Source: Sedimentisphaera cyanobacteriorum (GTDB taxonomy: Bacteria; Planctomycetota; Phycisphaerae; Sedimentisphaerales; Sedimentisphaeraceae). From it: 32,000 bases of DNA. The notes beneath the pieces are model-generated. The model worked only from the letters and a program-made list of their open reading frames with translations. It was not told the origin of the DNA and ran no database searches. Below are positions 25,120-32,000 of the stretch, in pieces (within the stretch, counting starts at the first letter, position 1; every line of letters begins with the position of its first letter). The stretch spans positions 2,790,001 through 2,822,000 of the forward strand of contig NZ_CP019633.1 of the NCBI RefSeq assembly GCF_001997385.1, written 5' to 3'. The position numbers and the translations under genes are program-made.

Positions 25120-26595
25120 ATGAAAAGACGCGAATTTTTCAAATCTGCCAGCGTAGCGGCAGTTTCACTTGCAGGTTTTGGCAGCGGACAATTATTCGCT
25201 GAACCTGCCAAAAAGCCTAATATCCTATTCATAATCGCAGACGACCTTGGATGGACAGACTTAAACTGTTTTGGAAGCGATTTCTACGAAACCCCAAACA
25301 TAGACGCTCTCTGTGAAAAGGGGATGAAGTTTACTGATGCCTATGCCGCTGCTCCGGTATGTTCTCCCACAAGAGCCAGCATAATGACAGGAAAATATCC
25401 GGCAAGGCTCAACACTACCGAATGGTTTGCCGCGCCCGGCGGAGAAGTGCCGATAGAGAATTACAGATGGGCGGTTAATAAGCCGCTGCGAACAGCGTCA
25501 TTTAAGGAATTTCTACCTTTAGATGAAGTAACAGTTGCAGAAGCCTTGAAGCAGGGGGGCTATTCTACGTTTTTTGCCGGCAAATGGCATCTGGGGGCAA
25601 AGGAAAAATTCTGGCCGGAAAATCAGGGTTTCGACATCAATAAAGGCGGATGGGAAGTTGGAGCTCCTAAAGGGGATGGATATTTCCCGCCTTACGACAA
25701 TCCCAGACTGGAAGACGGGCCGGAAGGCGAGCACCTGCCAAACCGCCTTGCTGATGAAACCGTCCAATTTATCAAAGATAATAAAGATAAGCCGTTTTTG
25801 GCATATCTGTCTTTCTATTCCGTTCATACGCCCTTGATGGCTCGTGAGGATTTGAAGGAGAAGTATGAAAAGAAACGCAAAGAACTCGGCCTGAAAACGG
25901 AATATGTTCGCGACAACAACCGTCATGTACGTCTAACGCATGATCATGCTGTGTACGCAGGAATGGTTGAAGCGATGGATATGGCATGCGGTAAAGTGCT
26001 TAACAAATTGAAAGAGCTGAACATTGAGGATAACACCATCGTCTTCTTTATGTCGGACAATGGAGGACTTTCCACAGCTAAATGGCATCCTACCTCTAAT
26101 ATCCCTCTGCGAGGAGGCAAGGGCTGGACGTATGAAGGCGGTATTCGTGAACCGATGATAATCAAATGGCCGGGCGTTGCAAAACAGGGAAGTGTATGCA
26201 GCGAACCGGTGATAAGCAATGATTTTTATCCGACGATGCTGGAAATGGCCGGGCTGCCCCTGAAACCCGACCAGCATAAAGACGGAAAATCTTTAGTGCC
26301 GCTTTTGAAAGACAAAAAAATGGACCGAGGTCCTCTGTTCTGGCACTACCCGCATTACAGCCCTCAGGGATGCAGGCCTTCCTCTGTAATTCGAGACGGC
26401 AAGTGGAAGCTGATCTTGTGGTATGAAGACAACCGGAAGGAATTGTTCAATCTCAGAGAAGATATTGGAGAAAAAAACAACATTGCAGATAAAAAGCCCG
26501 AAATCACTGACAGATTGTTTAATAAGCTGTTAAATTGGTTCAAAGAAGTTGATGCTGAGATGCCGCAGCTGAATCCGGGTTATAAACAAAAATAA
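25120..26595 (+). CDS. Tat-signal Cys-type sulfatase (S1 family; arylsulfatase/GalNAc-6-sulfatase-like)
   Basis: I chose the start at ATG 25120 (AAGGAG at 25107-25112, 7-nt spacer) rather than the track ATG 25060. Tat signal MKRREFFKSASVAAVSLAGFGSG. Motifs IADDLGWTD and the FGly motif PVCSPTRASIMTG, plus SDNGG and GGIREP. Confidence 0.9.
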   Translation: MKRREFFKSASVAAVSLAGFGSGQLFAEPAKKPNILFIIADDLGWTDLNCFGSDFYETPNIDALCEKGMKFTDAYAAAPVCSPTRASIMTGKYPARLNTTEWFAAPGGEVPIENYRWAVNKPLRTASFKEFLPLDEVTVAEALKQGGYSTFFAGKWHLGAKEKFWPENQGFDINKGGWEVGAPKGDGYFPPYDNPRLEDGPEGEHLPNRLADETVQFIKDNKDKPFLAYLSFYSVHTPLMAREDLKEKYEKKRKELGLKTEYVRDNNRHVRLTHDHAVYAGMVEAMDMACGKVLNKLKELNIEDNTIVFFMSDNGGLSTAKWHPTSNIPLRGGKGWTYEGGIREPMIIKWPGVAKQGSVCSEPVISNDFYPTMLEMAGLPLKPDQHKDGKSLVPLLKDKKMDRGPLFWHYPHYSPQGCRPSSVIRDGKWKLILWYEDNRKELFNLREDIGEKNNIADKKPEITDRLFNKLLNWFKEVDAEMPQLNPGYKQK

Positions 26596-26621
26596 TAATG
26601 CTCAAATAAAGGATAAACACA

Positions 26622-28085
26622 ATGGAAAGACGTACGTTTTTCAAATCTGCAGGCCTTGCAGCGGTTTCACTTGCCGGCCTTGGAAGCGGGCACTTATTCG
26701 CAAAGCCTGCCAAAAAGCCTAATATTGTTTTCTTCCTGATAGACGACCTCGGCTGGACAGACTTGAGCTGTTTCGGAAGCGAGTATTACGAGACACCTCA
26801 CATAGATGCCCTCTGCAAAAGAGGAATGAAATTCACTGATGCCTATGCCGCCTGCCCGGTATGCTCACCTACAAGGGCGAGCATTATGTCCGGGAAGTAT
26901 CCGGCAAGGCTCAATACCACAGACTGGTTCGGCGCTCCCCAGCCATACAACGTTCAGAGGCACTGGACAAGAAACAAGCCTCTTCTGCCCGCACAGTACA
27001 AAGAGCGTCTTCCGCTTGAAGAAAAGACAATGGCAGAGGCGTTTGATGAAAACGGCTACAACACATACTTCCTCGGTAAATGGCATCTCGGCCCTGAGGG
27101 CTTCTGGCCGGAAGACCAAGGGTTTGATGTAAACGTCGGCGGAGGCCATTCAGGAAATCCGGGAAGCTATTTCGCTCCATACACAAAGGTGAACGACCTT
27201 CCGGCTCCTAAGGGCGAATACCTCCCTGAAAGGCTGAGAAAAGAGGCAGCAGAGCTCGTTCACAAAGACCAGAAAGGCAACCCCTTCCTCCTTTATTTTT
27301 CAATGTATTCTGTCCATACGCCCCTTCAGACAAAGCAGGTGCTCAAGAAGAAATACAAAGAAAAGAAGAAGAATATGGGCATTTCCAATGAATGGATTAC
27401 ACAGAGCGGTAGAAGAGTCAGAGGCGTTCAGGAACACGAAGTATATGCAGGCATGATTGAGGCGATGGATAATTCTGTGGGCAAGGTTGTGGAGGCTCTC
27501 AAGCAAGAAGGGCTCTACGAAGATACCGTTTTCGTGTTTATGAGCGATAACGGCGGGCTCTCCACCTCCGAAGGACGCCCAACCTGCAATCTCCCGCTCA
27601 AATGCGGAAAGGGATGGATGTATGAAGGCGGAATCAGAGAGCCGATGTTTGTGGTATGGCCGGGAGTTACAAAGCCCGGAAGCGTATGCGATTATCCTGT
27701 TACCAGCACAGACTTCTACCCCACGCTTCTCGATATAGCAGGCCTGCCGCTTCAGCCCCGGCAGCACGTTGACGGAGTTAGCTTTGCGCCTCTTCTCAAG
27801 GGGGAGAAAAAGCTCGACCGCAAAGCTATCTTCTGGCATTACCCCCATTACGGAAATCAGGGCGGCTCGCCTTCCTCAGCGGTTCGCTGCGGCGACTACA
27901 AACTCATCGAATGGTTCGAGAGCGGCAAGCTCGAGCTTTTCAATCTAAAAGAAGATATCGGCGAGAAAAATGACCTCGCTGATAAGATGCCCGGCAAAGT
28001 TAAAGAGCTCCATAAAATGCTCGTTGACTGGCGAAAAGAGGTGGATGCAAAGATGCCCATGCCAAACCCTCGGCATAAAGGCTGA
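26622..28085 (+). CDS. Tat-signal Cys-type sulfatase, tandem paralogue of the preceding gene
   Basis: 487 aa starting 26 nt after the previous stop. Tat signal MERRTFFKSAGLAAVSLAGLGSG. Motifs IDDLGWTD, PVCSPTRASIMSG, SDNGG and GGIREP. Confidence 0.9.
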   Translation: MERRTFFKSAGLAAVSLAGLGSGHLFAKPAKKPNIVFFLIDDLGWTDLSCFGSEYYETPHIDALCKRGMKFTDAYAACPVCSPTRASIMSGKYPARLNTTDWFGAPQPYNVQRHWTRNKPLLPAQYKERLPLEEKTMAEAFDENGYNTYFLGKWHLGPEGFWPEDQGFDVNVGGGHSGNPGSYFAPYTKVNDLPAPKGEYLPERLRKEAAELVHKDQKGNPFLLYFSMYSVHTPLQTKQVLKKKYKEKKKNMGISNEWITQSGRRVRGVQEHEVYAGMIEAMDNSVGKVVEALKQEGLYEDTVFVFMSDNGGLSTSEGRPTCNLPLKCGKGWMYEGGIREPMFVVWPGVTKPGSVCDYPVTSTDFYPTLLDIAGLPLQPRQHVDGVSFAPLLKGEKKLDRKAIFWHYPHYGNQGGSPSSAVRCGDYKLIEWFESGKLELFNLKEDIGEKNDLADKMPGKVKELHKMLVDWRKEVDAKMPMPNPRHKG

Positions 28086-28110
28086 GTCTTAATAACAGTT
28101 AGATACAAAG

Positions 28111-28142
28111 GCAGCTGCTTTAACAGGCGGCTGCTTTTTTTT
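28111..28142 (+). terminator. Rho-independent terminator of the sulfatase pair
   Basis: GCAGCTGC (28111-28118) / GCGGCTGC (28127-28134), an 8-bp stem with one G.U and an 8-nt loop, followed by T8 (28135-28142). Confidence 0.8.
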
Positions 28143-28157
28143 CTGCGTTTTTCTCTT

Positions 28158-28185
28158 TTGACAAATAAAAATCACCTGCTAAAAT
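28158..28185 (+). promoter_or_regulatory. Candidate sigma70-type promoter of the 1141-aa enzyme gene
   Basis: TTGACA (28158-28163), 16-nt spacer, TAAAAT (28180-28185). The predicted ~160-nt leader contains a 9-bp hairpin CTCGGGAGC-ggaat-GCTTCCGAG (28291-28313). Confidence 0.35.
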
Positions 28186-28349
28186 ATTCAATATGTAACA
28201 ACAAAGTTCATATATGGATAAATTGCCGATTTGCTATGCCGCAGGTATAAATCTGTATCATAAAGTCAGTGCATTTCAGAGAGGATGAAACTCGGGAGCG
28301 GAATGCTTCCGAGGCAGTTAATAAATTACATTTTTTAAGGGTGCAATAA

Positions 28350-31300
28350 ATGAGACAGCTAACTATCTTTTTGTTTGTTATTTTTTCAGGGCTGTGTGCT
28401 GCAGCAAGCTCTCAGGATTATGTAAGCGTAAGCGGCAGCGGCAGCTGGTGCTGGTTCGGCGATCCCCGCGGAGTAAGTTATAACGGCAATGTCTATACAG
28501 GCTGGGTGTCTGGAGACGGCTCGATATTTGCCGGCAAATACAACATTGAATCCGGAATTACCGACACTTACAATCTGCACCCGAAATTTCAGAAAGACGA
28601 CCACAACAACCCCTCAGTGCTTATTACTCCTTCCGGGAAGATTGCCATGTTCTACACAAAGCACGGCGGCGGCCCCATGTATATGCGGGTAACTCACAGG
28701 CCTGAGGATATTAGCGTTTGGGATGTTGAGCAGGAGATCAAAAACTTCAACCACCCTGATAACAGAGGAATAACATACCCGAACCCCTATATGCTCTCAG
28801 AGGAGGATAACAGGGTGTATATGTTCTGGCGGGGCATAAACTACGAGCCTACAGTTTCTTACAATGATGATGTTTATAACGTAAAAACATGGAGCAGCCC
28901 CGAGCAGCTCTTCAAAAGCGGCCCCCATCCGGAAAGCGGACGCAATGTCCGTCCGTACACTAAAATAGCCTCAAACGGTAAAGACGAAATCCACTTCGTT
29001 TTTACCGACGGCCATCCAAGGCAGTGGCCGGAGAACAGCATTTATTATATGTATTACAGGGCGGGGGATTTCTACAACGCCAAGGATGAGGAAATCGGCT
29101 CTATGGATAACCTTCCGATTGAAAAATCGAAGGCGAGCGTTGTTTACAAGGCCGATAAACAAAACGGCAGAGCCTGGGATTGGGATATAGCTCTGGACAG
29201 CAGAGGGAATCCCGTAATTGTTTATACCCGTATGCCCAAGGAGACAGACCACAGATACCATTATGCCCGCTGGGACGGGAGCAAATGGATTGACAATAAA
29301 ATCTGCGATGCAGGAAAGTGGTTCCCCCAGACGCCTAAGGGAAAGAAAGAGAGAGAGCCGCATTATTCGCCGGGCATAGTTCTCGACCATTCAAACCCCA
29401 ATGCAGTATATCTCTCAAAGCCGGCGGATGGAAATCTCGAGATATTCCGTTACCAAACTAAGGATATGGGCGAGACCTGGAAGGCTGAAGCGATTACTGA
29501 GGATTCAGTTTACGGAAATGTTCGCCCGTACGTTATTCGAAATCACCCCGAAGACGGGCCGACCGTTATGTGGGAGCAGATACATTACTATCAACATTAC
29601 ACTAAGTATGATGCAGCTGTAAAGATTGATGTTTTAAGAGACGAAAGAAACCTCTCGGCTGAAAAGCCCTCTGCCAGGTCCGTTCGAAACTATATGAAAC
29701 GCGTTGCAGACTGGCAGATTAAAAACCCATCCCGCCATCACACCGCCGACTGGACTCACGGAGCTCTTTTCGCCGGGATGGCCGAATGGGCGGAAATGGC
29801 TGCTGCTGACAAATATTTCGACTACCTGATGAAAATGGGCGAGAATAACAACTGGGCTCCTCACCGGAGAAAGTATCACGCAGATGATTTTACCGTATGC
29901 CAGATGTATCTCAAGCTTTACGAGAAATACCGTGAGAAGAAGATGGTTGAGAAAACCCGTCAAAGGCTGGACTGGATCCTCGAGAATCGCTCAGATGTTG
30001 AAATAGTTCCGTTCAGCGGGAAAACTCAGGAGAGATGGAGCTGGTGCGATGCGCTGTTTATGGCTCCGCCCGTGTGGGCGAAGATGGCGGATATTACAGG
30101 CGATAAGAAGTACGCAGATTTTATGATTGAGGAGTGGAAATATACCACCGAAAAGCTCTTTGATGAGAAGGAAAATCTTTACTACCGAGACGCACGCTAC
30201 TTCGACAAGAGGGAGAAAAACGGCGAGAAGGTTTTCTGGTCTCGCGGTAACGGCTGGGTAATGGGCGGCCTTGTGCGCACCATGGAATACCTCGGCAAAG
30301 ACCACCCTCAGATAGGCTATTTCCAGAAAATATACAAACGTATGGCAGGGAAAATTGCATCAATCCAGCAGCCCGACGGCCTCTGGCACTCAAGCCTTCT
30401 AGACCCTGAAACATACAGCAAGCCCGAATCCAGCGGCTCAGGCTTCTATATCTACGCCCTTGCTTGGGGCATTAACCGCGGACTTCTCGAGAGAGAAGAG
30501 TACCTCCCGCATGTAATGAAAGGCTGGAATTCTCTCGCCAGCAATGTTCACTCAGACGGTATGCTCGGATACACCCAGCCGATAGGGGCAGACCCGAGAA
30601 ACATCACCGAAGAGCAGACTGAAGTTTATGGAGTTGGCGCATTCCTGCTTGCCGGCTCTGAGGTTTATAAGCTTGCAATTGAGGATAAGCTTTCTGATGC
30701 TAAAGAGCTTCGGGTTTCCAATTATGCCAATGTTGATGTGAGCTATGGAACTGTTTCTATCGATCCGGATAAATTAAGCGGAATAGACCTCAGCGAAGCG
30801 GGCGTTATTTCAGCGGAAAACTATAAAATCTCTCAAACTCAGCTCGTGGATAATGACCTCGACGGGGATATGGATGAATTCCTCTTTCAGGCGAGTCTTG
30901 AAGCCGGTGAAACCAAAAAATACTTCATCATTGAAGACGCCAAAATCACCCTTCCAAACCGGAGAACCTACTCCAGATACGTCCCTGAGAGGAAAGATGA
31001 TTATATGTGGGAGAATGATCTGATCGGTTTTCGGGCTTATGGGCTGAAGCTCGCTAAAGAAGGCGCAAACAGCGGCTTCGACTGCTGGCTCAAAGGCGTT
31101 GAATATCCAACAACAAACAATCGCTATTTCACCGCCCGGCACGGACGAACATACCACTCATATTTCGGCGAAGGGTACGACCCCTACCACGTGGGCTCAT
31201 CAGCCGGCTGCGGCGGGCTCTCGCTCTGGGAAAACGATAGCAGGGTTCATTCAAGCGTTTACGACGAATACAAACGAATTGCAAACGGGCCGATACGCAC

Positions 31301-31775
31301 AATTTTCGAGCTTACCTACGATGAATCGTGGAAGAGGAACGGAAAAGAACTGAAGGAAGTTAAAAGGTTTACAATTGATTTGAATTCTTGGTTTACCAAG
31401 GTTGAAAGCTCCTTCTCAGGCGAGGATGCAGGCTCTCATCAGTATGCTGTAGGGATTACCACCCACGACGGAAAGGCCTCAGCTGAACTTGGCGATAAAA
31501 GCATAATATGCTCGGAAATTATAGACGGCAATTATCTTGGCACCGGAGCTGTGCTTGCAAAACCTGAGCCTGAAAAAGCTATGGAAATCAGGGTTGACCA
31601 GCCGGACAAGAGCCATGCATTTATAATCACCGAGCCGACCAGTGAACCGATAGTTTACTACACCGGCTTCGGCTGGCAGAATCAGGGCATTGAAAACCAG
31701 AAGCAGTGGGAGGAAGAAATTTCTAACCTCAAACAGAGAGTAAAAACTCCTTTAAAAGTTCATATTCATAGATAA
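28350..31775 (+). CDS. Secreted three-module enzyme: BNR_4-like beta-propeller + GH105 unsaturated uronyl hydrolase + DUF4861-like domain
   Basis: 1141 aa with a signal peptide. Residues ~25-430 contain WCWFGDPRGV..., DDHNNPSVLITPSGKIAMFYTKHGG and GETWK (PF15892-like). Residues ~435-780 contain WSWCDALFMAPPVWAKM, FWSRGNGWVMGGL, DGLWHSSLLDP and ESSGSGFY (GH105/GH88 YteR-type motifs). Residues ~790-1141 contain WENDLIGFRAYG and GCGGLSLWEND (DUF4861-like). Confidence 0.8.
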   Translation: MRQLTIFLFVIFSGLCAAASSQDYVSVSGSGSWCWFGDPRGVSYNGNVYTGWVSGDGSIFAGKYNIESGITDTYNLHPKFQKDDHNNPSVLITPSGKIAMFYTKHGGGPMYMRVTHRPEDISVWDVEQEIKNFNHPDNRGITYPNPYMLSEEDNRVYMFWRGINYEPTVSYNDDVYNVKTWSSPEQLFKSGPHPESGRNVRPYTKIASNGKDEIHFVFTDGHPRQWPENSIYYMYYRAGDFYNAKDEEIGSMDNLPIEKSKASVVYKADKQNGRAWDWDIALDSRGNPVIVYTRMPKETDHRYHYARWDGSKWIDNKICDAGKWFPQTPKGKKEREPHYSPGIVLDHSNPNAVYLSKPADGNLEIFRYQTKDMGETWKAEAITEDSVYGNVRPYVIRNHPEDGPTVMWEQIHYYQHYTKYDAAVKIDVLRDERNLSAEKPSARSVRNYMKRVADWQIKNPSRHHTADWTHGALFAGMAEWAEMAAADKYFDYLMKMGENNNWAPHRRKYHADDFTVCQMYLKLYEKYREKKMVEKTRQRLDWILENRSDVEIVPFSGKTQERWSWCDALFMAPPVWAKMADITGDKKYADFMIEEWKYTTEKLFDEKENLYYRDARYFDKREKNGEKVFWSRGNGWVMGGLVRTMEYLGKDHPQIGYFQKIYKRMAGKIASIQQPDGLWHSSLLDPETYSKPESSGSGFYIYALAWGINRGLLEREEYLPHVMKGWNSLASNVHSDGMLGYTQPIGADPRNITEEQTEVYGVGAFLLAGSEVYKLAIEDKLSDAKELRVSNYANVDVSYGTVSIDPDKLSGIDLSEAGVISAENYKISQTQLVDNDLDGDMDEFLFQASLEAGETKKYFIIEDAKITLPNRRTYSRYVPERKDDYMWENDLIGFRAYGLKLAKEGANSGFDCWLKGVEYPTTNNRYFTARHGRTYHSYFGEGYDPYHVGSSAGCGGLSLWENDSRVHSSVYDEYKRIANGPIRTIFELTYDESWKRNGKELKEVKRFTIDLNSWFTKVESSFSGEDAGSHQYAVGITTHDGKASAELGDKSIICSEIIDGNYLGTGAVLAKPEPEKAMEIRVDQPDKSHAFIITEPTSEPIVYYTGFGWQNQGIENQKQWEEEISNLKQRVKTPLKVHIHR

Positions 31776-31790
31776 ATTAGCTTTCAACGA

Positions 31791-31881
31791 TTGACAGATT
31801 CATTCAATAAAAAATTATGATGAAAAATTTGTAAAAATTTCATTGCTGGCGGTATTTACTTGTTAAACAAGAATCTGTCAA
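31791..31881. repeat. 11-bp perfect inverted repeat TTGACAGATTC in the promoter region of the last gene
   Basis: TTGACAGATTC at 31791-31801 and its reverse complement GAATCTGTCAA at 31871-31881, with 69 bp between the arms. The 10-mer core also occurs at 6772-6781 on the minus strand. Confidence 0.6.
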
Positions 31882-31898
31882 AACTGAAAGGAATATAG

Positions 31899-32000
31899 AT
31901 GAATAAGATATCGAGGAGAAAATTTCTTCAGCGAACCTCTGCGACTGTTGCAGCAGCAGCTGCTGCTAACTTCGGATATGCAATGCCGGAGAACAGGCCG
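31899..32000 (+). CDS. 5' end of a Tat-signal secreted protein (possibly another sulfatase); continues beyond the window
   Basis: ATG 31899 with AAAGGA 7 nt upstream. Translation: MNKISRRKFLQRTSATVAAAAAANFGYAMPENRP. It has a twin-arginine motif SRRKFL, and the ..NRP ending resembles the (K/R)PNI entry into the sulfatase fold. Only 34 codons are visible. Confidence 0.55.
   Translation, partial: MNKISRRKFLQRTSATVAAAAAANFGYAMPENRP

Noticed and set aside
1-32000. CRISPR arrays, tRNA/rRNA genes, retron/DGR-like repeats, large tandem repeats
   Set aside because: I scanned the intergenic regions by eye: 2740-2848, 3578-3692, 4509-4610, 5643-5725, 6740-7036, 11395-11562, 12349-12444, 16133-16378, 17603-17729, 19452-19544, 19965-20277, 23862-24012, 24693-25119, 28086-28349 and 31776-31898. 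I found no periodic repeats or cloverleaf-compatible sequences. A computational scan (tRNAscan, Rfam, minced) is still advisable.

Overview
Gene-dense bacterial chromosomal segment with about 25 protein genes. I saw no rRNA, tRNA or CRISPR array. Gene content (Tat-signal Cys-type sulfatases, an AraC/XylR-hybrid regulator, DUF1844, a Na+-pumping oxaloacetate decarboxylase, PFL activase) suggests an anaerobic, polysaccharide-degrading PVC-type bacterium. That origin is inference only.

The left half is mostly housekeeping:
- a membrane multi-sensor histidine kinase that runs off the left edge and is absent from the ORF track
- pflA, an orphan pstS, rlmN, a small ACT-like protein and a TlpA-type thioredoxin
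- an AraC/XylR-type regulator coupled to a secreted beta-helix enzyme
- miaB, ymdB and a ppx-ppk1 polyphosphate pair

The right half holds:
- an intact IS4-family element (about 16.2-17.7 kb) with undecayed flanking direct repeats, ending 27 nt upstream of the start codon of a secreted BNR/sialidase-like hydrolase
- DUF1844 and the oadG-oadA-oadB operon, in which oadB has an unusual N-terminal extension
- an AT-rich islet carrying a HEPN/MNT toxin-antitoxin pair, with the HEPN gene broken by two opposite-sign frameshifts at homopolymer runs
- a secreted glycan-processing cluster: two tandem paralogous sulfatases, a 1141-aa three-module protein (BNR_4-like propeller + GH105 unsaturated uronyl hydrolase + DUF4861-like), and the start of another Tat-secreted protein

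I did not find a convincing wholly novel multi-gene system. The best follow-up candidates are the three-module enzyme with its sulfatase neighbours, the disrupted HEPN/MNT module, the IS insertion at the hydrolase start, the extended OadB, and a 10-11-mer (TTGACAGATT[C]) shared between two control regions. All family assignments come from motif recognition by eye. No database search was run.
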